A DNA stretch of 63,975 bases, filler included, from Folioceros fuciformis (GCA_049999805.1; 6 parts of 5 records of this genome joined end to end with filler, not necessarily neighbours in it); one strand, 5' to 3'. Shown: positions 32,596 through 45,640, counted from the whole stretch's first letter. Notes: a model not told the origin generated them from the letters alone. Numbers and translations: made by a program.

Positions 32596-32975
32596 TGTGG
32601 AACGGAAAAGTTTGGTAATTGGTTTAGGAAAGTCTAACTTGGTTTCTTTTTGTTCAAAATAGTTTGAAGGGAGGCATGTGGAAGGTAGGTTTCTGGGCAA
32701 GTGCCCATGGTAGGTAGTGAGCGGCTGATGAAGGTTTTTATGGATTTTTTTAGTTTTATTCTAGTAGGTTAGGATAAGAAGATACCTAGGTCGTAGGATG
32801 TCTACCTACATACGTAGAGAGAGTACCTACGTGGGGAAAATGGAAGATACCTACGTAGGTAGGGAAGGTACTTATACGGTAGGCACCCCACCTACGACAA
32901 TGGGGTAGGTAGTCTACCTACGACAACGGGTGGGAATGGTAGGGAACCTACCTACGAGAAGGGTAGAGAACCTAT
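32596..32975. mobile_element. Terminal fragment of the second LTR-like family
   Basis: Starts TGTGGAACGG. Reverse complement of ~9700-10067. Confidence 0.75.
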
Positions 32976-33230
32976 CTAAATAGCCTAGCCGTGGCAGTCC
33001 CTTATGCTGTGTCTGCGCGTGCTGGTGTAATGAGGGAGTGTGTCTGCTGGAACCCATTTATCGTACTTATCCAAAGTTTGTTAGCGATGTACGCCCCAGA
33101 GAATGTTGGCTTAAGTGGGGGTATTAATGGGATTAACACAACATGGATTATTTAACCAGACACGGGTTAGTTAACTAGGGTTAGTCATAGACCTTTAAAA
33201 TACCAATTTTGTAATACTTTAATAATTATT

Positions 33231-33783
33231 CTATTTTAGATTTTCATGCTTCCGCAACTTTGACAGGTCTGTCAACATTCCTATACCCTCTTGCAATTTT
33301 TGTAGTCGACGAAAGGTCATTTGAGCAGTTTCACCTTTCTTGCATGCAAAACTTGCCAACTCTGCAATCTTCTTAGGTGTCTTGAGGGGAAAAGCCTTTT
33401 CCAAAATCCCCCAAAAGTCTTCCACTGGGTTGGCATGCTTGGATGTGAGGATGTCAACATCCACACCTGCAGTAGCTGCAGCCATTTCTGCAGCCATTTT
33501 TGTAGGCTGACTGCTATTCGTGGTAGCAATGTGGCTGCAATGCTCCCAGCAGCAATACTAGCCTGCTGAGCATTAATTGCATTAGCCAGCTTAGCATTGT
33601 AAGCTAGCTGCAAGGCATTCTAGACCAGGGGGTTAGGTGTAGCCACCGTTGCTGTGAGTTCAGCTTGGTGCACCTCATACAAGTCTAGGGCCTCGTCTAG
33701 TAGATGCCTAGCCAATTGTTCAACCATGAAGAGGTGGCTGTACGCAGCACCATGTTTAAACTTGACCCAACTGATCATGCCAT
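33231..33783 (-). pseudogene. Probable Ty3/gypsy-type gag fragment
   Basis: VEDFWGILEKAFP..ELASFACKKGETAQMTFRRLQKL resembles the retrotransposon gag MHR region. Confidence 0.5.
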
Positions 33784-36177
33784 TGACAAATAACTGAAAG
33801 GATCATTAGAAGAGCATGGTGAAGGAGAGGAGAGAAGAAGGGAGGAGGAAAGGAGAGGAGAAAGAGAGATCTCACAGTGTCTCTCACAGCTCTATTGCAA
33901 AGGGAGCTCAAGAGGGTATTTATACCCTCTAGAAAAGCTCCCAAGGAAGCTTCACAAGAAGCTCACAGGAAGCTTCCTAAAGATTAGCTTAAGCTAATGA
34001 TACTTAATTAAACACTAATCTTAGACTAATTACATAAGTCTAATTAAACTTATCACACTAGTTTAATTAGACCAATCACATTAGTTTAATTAGACTAATC
34101 ACATTAGTCTAATTAGACTAATCACATTAGTCTNNNNNNNNNNATTAGACTAATCACATTAGTCTAATTAGACTAATCACATTAGTCTAAGCACATTGGG
34201 CTTTAATAACCCTACAACCGCCCCCTTAAAGGCCAATTTACCTTCATAGGGGAGTAGTCTACCTCACGCTCATGAGTGTCCAAGCTTGTGCGAATTGCTC
34301 CGAAGAGAGCCCCTTGGTAAGAACATCTGCAGGGTTCTAACTAGTGTGAACTTTGACAAGTTGTACCCTCTTGTCTTCCAACACCTCTCGAATGAAGTGA
34401 TACTTCACTTCCACATGTTTGGTCTTCGCATGAAACACTAGATTCTTTGCCAATTGAATAGCACTCTTGCTATCACAATGCAACACTGGCAGCTCAACCT
34501 TGATCCCTAAATCGCCCACTAGACGAGCAAGCCATATGGCTTCCTTGTATGCCTCAGTTGCTACAACATACTCGGCCTCTGTGGTAGATAGCGTTATGCA
34601 TGATTGCAAATGAGATCGCCATGAGACTGCCCCTCCTCTGCACATGAAGACGTAACCTGATGTGGACCTCCTTTTGTCCATATCCCCTGCATAATCAGCA
34701 TCCGTATATCCCACGACAGATGCATCTTCACTACCAAAACATAAGTACAAAGCTTTCGTACCATTCAAGTACCTCATAACTCCTTTCACTGCCTCCCAAT
34801 GCTTCTTGCCAGGGTTTGACATAAACCTACTAACCACTCCCACCGCAAAGGCAATGTCAGGACGTGTAGCAATCGTTGCATACATCAAACTCCCTACAGC
34901 TGATGAGTATTGAACCTTCTCCATTTCAACTTTGTCCTCCGCAGAGCTTGGGCAATCCTTGCTCGACAGTTTCACATATGGAGGCAACGGAGTACTTAAT
35001 ACCTTCCCCTTCTCCATATTGAAACGTTGAAGCACCTTGTTAATGTATTCAGTCTGAGACAAGTACAACAAACGCTTCTGTCTGTCTCGACGAATACGCA
35101 TGCCAAGAATATGGCTTGCCTCTCTCAAGTCTGTCATGTCAAAGCGACCATTCAACTTTGACTTCAACACTGAAATCTCATCACTGTTAGTCCCAGCAAT
35201 TAGCATATCATCCACATAGAGGACCAGAATGAGCAAGCTTCCATCCTTAGCTTGCTTCGTTTAGAGGCAATGATCCTCATCGCTACGCTTGTAGCCTTGA
35301 GAAAGCATAAATGAGTGGAACTTGAAATACCACTCCCTGGGTGCCTGCTTCAAACCATAAAGGCTTTTCTTTAACCTACACACTAGATTCTCTTTGCCCT
35401 TCTCAATGAAACCCTCTGGTTGCTGCATGTATACCTCTTCCTGGAGATCACCATGCAAATATGCCGACTTCACATCCATCTGGACAAGTTCCATGTCGAG
35501 CCTCGCAACCAGACCAAGAACACATCGCAAGGTGGTCATTTTGACAACCGGTGAGAAAATTTCATCAAAGTCAATACCTTGCTGTTGCTTAAAACCCTTA
35601 GCAACCAATCGTGCCTTGTACTTAGGTTTGCCATAATGGGTTATGTCCTTCATCTTATACACCCATTTGCATGGCAACGCCTTCTTGCCCTTAGGCAACC
35701 GAACCAACTCCCAAGTTTGGTTCTTGTGGAGTGAATCCATCTGCGACTGCATCGCTTCCTCCCACTTGTCCTTATTAGTCACTGACATGGCCTCTTGGTA
35801 ACAAAAGGGCTCCCCACAATCCGTCAGCATGACATAATCAAGAGATGCAACATACCTGTCAGGAGGACGTGAGATCCTTCCTGACCTACGAAGCAATGGC
35901 ACCTCGATCGGAGCTGGTTGCACTCTCTTCTCTTGTACAAGTGGAGGAACTTGTTCCTGCACATCACGACGTTCAACCTGCGTAGGACGGTCAAATCCAT
36001 CTTCTTGAAACACCACCCGTCGCACCTCCACAGTTGGAGTAGGCTTCTTATGCATCTTGGTCTCATTGAAGAACACGTCATTACTACGAACCATTCTCTT
36101 GGCCTCTGGATCCCACAGATGGTATTCCATCTCACCAGATTCACCATAGCCAAGAAAAATACATTTGTTGGACTTGG
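33784..36177 (-). mobile_element. Copia 3' half: integrase C-terminus, RT, RNase H, PPT, 3' LTR 33784-34216
   Basis: ORFs 35261-36235 and 34337-35236 (YVDD, DADYAGD, EAEY). PPT AAGGGGGCGG followed by TGTAGGG. The LTR contains TATAAATA and ends TTGTCA. Confidence 0.92.
34021..34190. repeat. 23-bp palindromic tandem unit TTAGACTAAT-CAC-ATTAGTCTAA in LTR U3
   Basis: About 7 units, with a 10-N gap inside. Also present at 44757-44813. Confidence 0.85.
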
Positions 36178-36814
36178 TGTGGAGGCAAAACCCCGGGCAC
36201 TGATTGCCAATTGGTTCCACCTTTAGTAGCCACACTTATCCCACTGTCGTTGAGACATTGGGTTTCGTTCCCACGAAGGAGTGATGGGGTTCCTTGCTGC
36301 TGTGAATGGAGGGTCGGACTTGATCGACTTGATGATGGATTCGAGGGCTCCCCTCCAGCTCCGATCAGGCGTAGGACAGGCCTCGCTGTCCGGCGGTCAG
36401 CTGCACTTCTCTGGGTGCCCACAAACTCACTCCAGTCACTACAACGACTCTAACCTCTCAGATCTGCGACTTCCCTCACACACTTCACTCACTCTCTCGC
36501 TCCAGCACCAACACCAACAACTACCAGCAACCAGCAACGACTCCACTACCTTCTACACTTCCCTACGGACTCTTCTTACCCGGCAAGAGTCACTAGATTA
36601 ACCCCAAACAAAAGGAAGAGGGGAACACACTCCCCTCTTGGGTATCTCCTCCCCACAACCTTACCAGACGCCATGAGACATGGCCGGCCTACAGCACTTG
36701 ACCAAGCAAGGAATAAGAGTGGACAGGTTGAGAGAAAGACACACCCTTTACAATCAAGAGCTAGGGGCACTACCAGACACCCTTTACAATCAAGAGCTAC
36801 CAGACACTATACAA
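36178..36814. mobile_element. LTR-like insertion starting TGTGGAGG, interrupting copia integrase
   Basis: Copia homology stops exactly at TGTGG. Non-coding, with a 33-bp tandem duplication near 36740-36813. Confidence 0.55.
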
Positions 36815-36914
36815 NNNNNNNNNNNNNNNNNNNNNNNNNNNNNNNNNNNNNNNNNNNNTTAATTAATTAANNNNNNNNNNNNNNNNNNNNNNNNNNNNNN
36901 NNNNNNNNNNNNNN

Positions 36915-38230
36915 GTGTATGGACAGGCCTATAGACCGGCTGATAGGTAGAAGTGTGATAGGTAGTGTTCCTTGGCACTAGTTCACTCCCTTGGGAGCGA
37001 ACCATAGGACTACAACGACAATAGGGGAATGTGTGGCCCCTTGGGTGGTTCTTGGGTGCAAGAAATCACTCCACACCATGATACATGGGGTGTGGCTGGT
37101 CGACTTGTGTAGCAGGTTCCCTTGGTGAATGAGGGGGTCCCCTTGGTATTTGTTCTTGTCACCCCTAGATTCGAGCAAGGTTAGGTCAAAGTTAGGGTTA
37201 AGATTAGGTCGGAGTTAGGTTTAGGGTTTTGAAGAGTGGAGGGTTCTGTATGAGGCGTGCTGACCTGGTTAGGCAGTGGCAGGGGTTCTTGGCCAAGGGA
37301 GTATAAGAGGCCAGGCTTGTCATTGAGGGGGAGGCTTTTTTTGGTGAAGAGTGCCCTTGACCTTGTGTGCAGGCTGCTAGGTTAGAGGGATTAATGTAGT
37401 GTGCAGATGCACCTCGGCCTTGATTCCCCATGCCACTGGGGGAATGTGGCGGCTCCCAAAATCGCTGAGGTCTTGGTGGCCAAATCCGCAAGGGCTGACC
37501 TTTCTTGTAGGCTGGTTGGGTGGTTGGGGTACCTTGACGTCCCTAAGGGGTTTCCAAGGTGACGGATTGCAGGGCTGTGAGCCGAGGAGGCTATCCAGCT
37601 TCAGTCTGCACATCCCGGCCTCAAGGACTGCAAGTGAGGGGTTGCTGTGTTCCAAAATCCAGGAGTGAGACGTGATGGTGAAGGGCAAAATCCAGGAGTG
37701 AGATGTGATGGTGAAGGGGCTGAAGAGTTGAAGTGCTGGAGCAGAGATTTGAAGTGCTGAAGCAGAGATTTGAAGTGCTGGAGAAGTGCTGGAGTAGAGA
37801 CTTCAAGTACTGGAGTAGAGACTTGAGGTCTAGAGTTTGGAGTTGTTGTGTTGGGGCTGAAGTTCTCAATTAGCTGCTGAGGTGGCTGGCATTTAGGGCT
37901 GAGAGTGGAGGTCGAGGCCAGGGCTAGGGCCTCCTCTCAACTGCTGAGGTGGCTGATACCAGGAGCTGGAAGTGGGAGCTAAGGATGATGCTGAGTCCTC
38001 ATTCAACTGGGGTTGTGGTTGGTGTTGAAGACAAGGTTCTGATCTTTTTGCTGTAGTGTGGTTAGGTCTAGGAGCCGGCTGATAGATAGGATTAGATTTA
38101 GGCAATGTGGGGAAGATTGTGGGGAACCTTGACACTAGTTCACTCGCTTGGGAGCGAATCCTAGTGCTACGACGATAATAAGGGGGAAGTGTGGCCCTTG
38201 GTGGTTCTTGGGTGCAAGTACTACTCCACA
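36915..38230 (+). mobile_element. Two nested right ends of the TGTGGA family (termini at 37075 and 38230)
   Basis: The block CACTAGTTCACTC..GGTTCTTGGGTGCAAG..CTCCACA occurs at 36976-37075 and ~38132-38230, as at ~27237-27334. Confidence 0.8.
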
Positions 38231-41200
38231 CTACAGAAGACAATTGGCACAAGAGGACAGGCTAACAATTGCTGAATCACTTTACCAGCAAACCCTAGAG
38301 TGGATTCTTCAAACTGAAGATCAGCCTGAGCGCACTTGTGTCGTAAGGGAGTCATATGATAATCTTCTTGATGCTATCTTCCCTCAACAACGTCATCTGT
38401 TGCTTGCTCAACCACCCAGGAATCCTACTAATCTTCCATTTGTCGGAAATGGTAACCTTAGAGGTTTTCTAACTACACACATATCACCACATATCAGTGT
38501 GCTAGGATAGAAACACAGCAACAACATGTTGATGAGTGTTTTCAAAGCATCTGTCACAAACTTGCTGCAGTGAGTGTTGACCTGCAAGAATTGAAGGAAC
38601 AAGTAGGACATTTGGACTTTAAGTTGCTAACCTTATTGAAACCTGCCTTGCTTGCAAATCTTGCCCTTCCTCTAACAGGCTTGCTCCTGAGTCCTCTTCC
38701 AACCAACCTGAGTTCGATTCTTCTCCCTCTAAGTATCCCCAAGATGCTTCCTACGAACTATCCCTTGCCCTTTTTCTTGTGGCAGTTGGCAGTTCAGGGG
38801 GTGGAATTACTCAGCAGCCTGGAATTGCAATACAGTCTGGACAGCAATCTGGATCTCAAGCTCCATCACCTGCCCATACTATTGACTCACAGTCACAACC
38901 AACCTCAGCTCGGCATCAGTCAGTTGTTCAACTAGTTGCACACTTACCTGCAGAACAGATCATTGATGCTGCACCTAGTGTAGATGAGACGCAATTTCTA
39001 AAGTTGATATACTAGCAGCTGATCCTGCAATGGATGATTTTGCGCCCGTTTGGCATTTAGATTTCGGAGATCAACCCCTCTCACCTATTTTTGAACATGA
39101 GCAGGCTGCTGAATAGGTTCACACTTATCTGGAGCCTGAACCAGTTGTGACTGCGTCTCCTGTTCTCGAACCTGTTGTGGAAGAACGAAGATACCCCACC
39201 AGGTCGCGTCCTCCACGAGATCAATGGAGTGAACGACCTTATCAGCCTGAAGATTTTCGGCAACCTCATTCAACTCAACTCTGTGAGGCCTTCTCCACCA
39301 GCACTATTCACCCTGCTGAACCACGCTCATATAAAGGAGGCTATTAACGGCAAGGACAAGCATCACTGGATCCCTTCCATTCAAGATGAATACGATTCCC
39401 TCATGAAGAATGAAACATGGGAACTGTGTCCTTTACTTGCTGGACGCAAAGCTGTGAGCTGTAAATTACCATAACCTCTTTCGAGCAAAAAACAACACAA
39501 TACAAGTGAAGAGGGAGTTAGATAGCAAATACTAGGTGGGTTCATCCCTTCTTTTATGGACCTATGGGTGGCACTCTCATTTCGTGCCCAATATGGGGTA
39601 AATGACCCCAAACCCTAAAATACCTTTTCTACCTAACATAACAAAGTCTAATAAGCTATATATATTAATCATAACCTTAATCACTCTTACCACTAATTAG
39701 TACAAACTCAATAAGTTGGATTAGCACTAATTAATCTCAACATTAATCATGCTTAACACTTCAAACATAAGTTGAACGCATAAGGAGAGATTGCCAGGTA
39801 CAAGAATCGTCTAGTAGCCCGAGGTTTTTCTCAAGTGGCTGGAGTGGACTTCCATGAAACGTTCAGCCCTGTTGTGAAAACGCAATCGATCCGCATGATG
39901 CTGGCCTTGGCTGCAGCAAGGGACTGGGACTTGGAACAAATGGATGTTTCAATAGCTTTCCTCTATGGGGATCTCGAGGAAGACATATACATGGAATAGC
40001 CCGAAGTCTTTGTGGACCTTGAGCATCCTACCTGGGTCTGCAAGCTTAAGAAGACGGCCTCAAATAGAGCGCACGAGAATGGTACAAGTGTATTGACAAA
40101 TACTTGAAATCTATTGGGTTCATCCAAAACCCTGCACATGCAAACGTCTATATCTACAACAAAGGAGGATACATGGTTATCTTGGCTCTTTATGTCGATG
40201 ACGCGATCCTGGCATCAAACAATCGGGAGCTGTTAGACTAGGTAAAAGGGATGCTCCACAAGCGCTATGACATGAAGGATATCGGTCCTCTTACCTTTGT
40301 TTTAGATTAGTCTTGTCATCCGTGACAGGACTAATCGTACTCTCATCCTACACCAGACCAAGTACATTGGTGAGACTCTCCAAAGATTTAATCTGCAGGA
40401 TGCGAAGTCAGTAAGCACTCCTGGCAACATTGGTTTGAAGCTTACCTCTATGCAAAGCCCTCAAGATGAGGTTGATCGTGAGCTTATGAGCATGGTGCCC
40501 TATAGGCATGCTGTTGGGTGCCTCAACTACATTAGTTGCTGGACACGACTGGACATTCAGCACTCGGTCAGTGCTGTTTCGCAATTCCTTGAAGATCCAG
40601 GCCAGACTCACTGGGTTGCGGTCAAGAGAATTTTGCGTTACCTTAAGGGCACTTCCACACTTGGACTCTGCTTCCGAGGCACATATGAGACTGTTAGCTT
40701 GCAGGGTTATTGTGATGCGGATTGGGCGACAGATCCAGATCAAAGACGCAACATCTCTGCTTATTGCTTCCTCTTGTCTACAGCAGCTGTCAACTGGAGC
40801 TCAAAGAAACAGGTCTCAATAGCACTCTCCTCAACGGAAGCGGAATATAAAGCACTAACAGATTCTGCAAAAGAGGCCGAGTGGGAACGCACTTTCCTTG
40901 CTGGCTTAAACTTTCCATAGAAGATCCCTACCACCATCTATTGTGACAACATGTCTACTATTGCCCTGGTTGGGAATCCCCGCTTCCACGCACGCACGAA
41001 GCACATAGAAATCCACCATCACTTTGTGAGGCACTCAGTGGAGCGGAAGGTGGTTAGCATTGAGCATATCCCTACAAAGCTAAATACGGCAGACGTCCTC
41101 ACAAAAAGTCTGCCTACGCTCAAGCACAATTTTCATACAGAAGCCCTGGGCTTGGTAGCCTACAACTCCTACTTGCCCAACTCTTCTCTGTAGTGTTAGC

Positions 41201-41574
41201 GTGGAGTGATATTTGGACTGTCTGGCCGGATGAAGCTCAACTGCTCTGTCTAATTGGCTGGAATTACTTGTCCAGCTTTGCAGCTTTGCAGCTGCGACCA
41301 AGTGTGCCAGCCATTTTCGCACCTTCGTGTCCCTGTCTTTAGTTGCGTTTAACACCTATCTCCTAACCAATGTCGTGGTTAAGGGGGTGTGTTAAGATAA
41401 TCCCTGTAGGGCTATGTTTATATAACCAGCGATCATGGTTAGCTTTAGTTTAGGGTTAATATCGAAAGGACACTTAGGCTTGTATATAAGACATACTTTC
41501 TCATGTGTGTATTACTTCCTTTTTGCTTGTGCTCATGTATTCTGTCTGCTATGCCTAGCAACTTTCTCCTCACA
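38231..41574 (+). mobile_element. Internally deleted, degenerate copia: RT, RNase H, PPT, 3' LTR 41390-41574
   Basis: EPRSYKEA..WIPSIQDEYDSL, LYVDDA, CDADWA, TEAEY and HARTKHIE motifs. PPT AAGGGGG followed by TGTTAAG. The LTR ends CTCACA. Confidence 0.88.
39460..39758 (-). mobile_element. Solo LTR (299 bp) inserted in copia RT
   Basis: TGTTAAGC...TTTACA on the minus strand, splitting the SCK(WV)FKHK motif. Confidence 0.7.
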
Positions 41575-44500
41575 GATCCTGATGATTTCGTGGAGCGTTT
41601 TGAACAGCTGACCATCTCAAACCAGGAGGCGTGTACAGTTGTTCTATGGAGTCCTATGGGGAGCCGCTACCAAATGGTACAAGAGAGAATACCTCAAGAT
41701 AGCAACACCGCCAGCCACCTTCGACGCGCTCAAAAGGGCATTTTGTGAAAGATTTTGAGGGGTGGACGTGGAAGGGTACGTTTTGTCCAAGCTGGAGAGG
41801 CTGCGGCGAAGGCAAAGGGAGACGCTGCAAGCATATGTGGAAAGATTCCACAGTTTGCGAGATCGAGCGGGGCCTCATTCGGAGCTAATGGCTATTCGAT
41901 GGTTTGCAAGAGGATTGGGGTCGGCAATGGGAAGGCACGTTTGCCTGCAAGTAGAGAAGGATTTGGAGAGGGCGATACGAACAGCGTTGAATTACGAGGA
42001 GTCCAACGTTGAGGTGAGGAAGAAGACGCGCAAGGAAGAGAAACGGAGTCATGAAGGAAAAAAAAAGAAATTCGAGGGGGAAGAAGAAGTACTCTTCTAC
42101 TTTAGAAGACGACTTGTCGTGGGAAGAAGGTTCTTCAAGTACTTCATCAGACAGTTCGACAACTGAGGACTCATCGAGCTTAGAAGAGGATTCATTGGAG
42201 GATGAGAGAAGGCGAAGAAAGAATAAGAAAGTGGTGAAGGCAGGATTGAGCCGGAAACATCAGTCCAAGAGTAAGGAGTCTGGAAAGGCCAAGCCAGAGT
42301 CTGCACGAGGACCTGAGCAAGTAAGGAAGGAAGTGGAGCTGGCAACCAAAAAGGTCGAGCAGCAAGGAACCAAGCTGGGGGAGGTTTTGGCCAAACTAGA
42401 GAAGCTATAGATTAATGCGGTGAAGGATCAGGAGAGGCGGAGAGTCGCGATGGGAGGAAGAGTCAACCTCTTCTGCTCGACTTGTGGTCAACAGGGTCAT
42501 TCAAGGGCGAGTTGTCCGCAAGTGAAGGTGTAGATTGTGGAGTAGGAGGAAGAGGGGGAGGAAGCCTATATGGAGGATGCCTATCAAATTCAGGAGGTAG
42601 CACCTATGCTGGGGTACCCAAAGACGGCCTATCCCCCACACCTGCACAACAACGCACCTATGAGTATGAGGGGCCAAGCTGTTAGGAATCCAGGACAGTT
42701 GACGACAATCCAGTGTTACAACTGTCGAGGCATAGGCCACTTTGCAAATAGTTGTCCTTTGGTGACGCGATAGGGGAACGCGATTACGAGAGGTTGTGCA
42801 CTGACTGCAAGCAGGTGGGCCATGTTGCTGGGAGCAATCTATGCACAGTACCGAAAAAACATGCACGGATCGCTCCTACCCCGGCGCCTATGATCCAGTC
42901 CGTTGGCCCAAGTGCCCCACCGACTACGCAAGTAACAGACGCGCTGATGGCTGTATGGGAGGACGCGGAGGCTCACATGCTGAGAGAACTGGAGGGCCTG
43001 GGCAACCTGGACAAAAGGTACTACGAGGAGGCGCCCGTCATGGAAGTCCAAACTCAAGGCAGAACCAGAGCCACCAAGGGGACTGATGAGTTGATAGGGA
43101 AGAAGCGAGGGGGAAGAGGACAACTTGCCCCGTCGGATACATCGGCCGACGTGTCGACTTCCGTGAGCAGTGGTGAGAGGGAGCCGTTATCACTGGAGGA
43201 GCCAATTGAAGTACCGAAAAACCCAGTGGAGGCGAGAGCAGGAGAAGAGGTGACAACTGATTCGGCAAAGCGTGCTGAGGGAGAGCGACTGTCCATAAGT
43301 AAACCAGCTCAAGGGGTGGAAGGAGTCGAAGGAATCTCACAACTGGACAGATTAAGAGCGTTGGGTTTTTCTCCAGATGTTTGGCAAGAGGTAGCAGAGA
43401 TGATTCGAGAGGAGTTGGACCAAACTCCTGAACGTACGGCGACGGTTGGTGAAGGGCAACCCAATTCCTCGACTACTGGTGACCAGGAAGGGCTTGGGAA
43501 GGTGGATGCAGGACCTGCAGCAGAAGCTGAGAAGGGGAGGACGCGAGTGCTTGACTTGGCCGAAGCCATTATGGATCAAAAATTCATAGTGACTTTTGGC
43601 CAGTTACTCCAAGACACACCACGATACAGCCAGCAGCTGCGACGAGCGCTAAAGATGGCACAGCCCAAGCGGAGGCAAAGTTTGCCAAGGGTGAGGCCGA
43701 AGACCCATCCAGTAAACCTGGTAATGATGACGAATCAAGGGCCGGCCGAGTTGCAAATTGAGATCGCAGGGTGTGTGATTAAAAAGGTACCTTTGGACAC
43801 AGGGTCCGGAGTGAACATCATAATTGAAGACACAGCCTGGAAGCCGGGGTTGGAGATCGAGCACACTGCCAAAGTTCTGCGATTGGCAGACATGTCAAAA
43901 ATGGCGTCCGTTGGGGAGATCCTTGGAGTCTTGACTCACATCAGCACCATTCCATATCTTATGGATTATGTGGTGATTAAGCAAAAGGCCCCGGGATATG
44001 AAGTATTGATTGGGAGAACCTGATGGTGCTAGATGTACCTTTAGGTGGGGCCGGAAGGAGGTAGGGTTTAAACCGCTGGGGTGGGACCCAAAGACCAAGG
44101 AAGGGAGGATCTGTTTGTCATGGAGCAAGGACATGTACGTTGGAGAAACCCCGTCCAAAACAGATGGATACATCTCAGCTGAAGAAACGGGCGGGCAAGT
44201 AGATGAAGATGAGAGGTGCCCTTTTGCACATATCTCTTGGTCGGACAAGGAGAAGGATTATCAGTGCCATCTACCCCTGGTCACTTGTTACAGAGTCACG
44301 GAAGCCAGTGAGAATGTGGAGTTAGAGTCGGAGGAAGCCAGTGAGAATGTGGAGTTAGAGTCGGAGGAAGCCAGTGAGAATGTGGAGTTAGAGTCGGAGG
44401 AAGCCACTTCGACCACCGAGGTAGCTGGAGGGGAACGGGAGGTAGCCGCCTCGACTACTATGGTAGCCCAAGGGGAATGGGAGGTATCCCACTCAACTCC

Positions 44501-44756
44501 CGAGGTAATTGAGCCAACAAAGTCAGAAGAAGAGGAACCAAGGGAAAAGTCGCCTGAGCCGGGAGAAACATAGGAGGGTGTCATAAAAATTACCTCTGAA
44601 GAGCTCTTCTGTGAGTGGGGAATGAGGGAAGCAGAACCCCGAAGGCCCGAGGAGGGATTTGGAGTCATCTCTGCGCCGGTGGAACGAGAGTAGGTGCAGG
44701 CACATGAGATCAAGGATGTGGAGGCCCTACCAGGGAAAATCCTCAAGTTCTCCACT
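41575..44756 (+). pseudogene. Ty3/gypsy gag-protease pseudogene
   Basis: DPDDFVERFE and QRETLQAYVERF gag motifs, three CCHC-type knuckles, protease LDTGSGVN...LIGR, and a 33-bp x3 repeat at 44300-44406. Confidence 0.85.
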
Positions 44757-44813
44757 AAGTCTAATTAGACTAATCACATTAGTCTAAGCACATTGGGCTT
44801 TAATAACCCTACA

Positions 44814-45640
44814 GGATCATCCTCAATCAGATGGGCTATCAAAATAGTTAGTCCACACATGTAAGGATGTGCTGAGGAAATATTGCTTGGAGGTAAACCC
44901 AAGATGTTGGGATGAATTACTTCCATACATTGCCTTGGGGTATCGAGTCAGTGTCCAGGTAGCGCTGGGGAAGTTTAGTCCATACTTTATCATGTTTGGA
45001 AGGAATGTCGTGCTGCCTAACATAGTGGCTGATAAATACTCCAAAGTGGTGGATTGGTCTAGAGATCTAGCAAAGTGTCTTAACGAGTTAACCAATAGAG
45101 CTGAGGTACTACGTTCGGTGATGCTAATGGCCATGGATAAGGTGATCACGGTGTTGAGCTATGGCCATGGCCATGGCTATGGCCATGGCCATAGCTCAAC
45201 ACCGTGATCAGTTACGATACGCCTTTACCATAAGGGGGTCGTAGAAACAAAAGCCCAAGAAATTTGAAGCTAGTGATTTCGTATACTTGCAACACCAACC
45301 ATCAAGCATGTTGGATGTTAGCACTATAAGATTGATCCTAAGGGTAGTGAGTCTGGGTGATCAATGGGTGGTTTAGCTGGAAAGACAAGATGGAAAAAGG
45401 TGCAAAGAGCATATAAGACATTTGGCACCTTGTCACCTGCCGAACCGTGACACTAGAATTCAACTACAGGGCTAGGTACCACCAACTAACTTGCCTTGTG
45501 AAGTCTGCAAGCGAGTGGATAGCGCTAAGAGCTTGTTGCTATGTGGTCATTGCAATAAGGGACAACATCTATTTTGTCATCAGCCGGTGTTGCTAAAGGT
45601 GCAAGGCAGGGAATCGTTCTATCTTGAGTGCCTTCAGCTT
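44814..45640 (+). pseudogene. Ty3/gypsy integrase C-terminus with PHD finger
   Basis: WDELLPYIALGYR...SPYFIMFGR, AIAQHRD, DFVYL and HLAPCHLP, then CEVC..LLLCGHCNKGQHLFC..FYLEC at 45497-45631. Confidence 0.82.

Noticed and set aside
32720-32760. CTGATGA as a hammerhead ribozyme core
   Set aside because: No stem II/GAAA arrangement follows, and the homologous copy at ~9935 has CTAGTGA.
38231-38510. Shared LEW tripeptide among orphan ORFs (~1060, ~28100, ~38300)
   Set aside because: Too short to support homology without alignment statistics.
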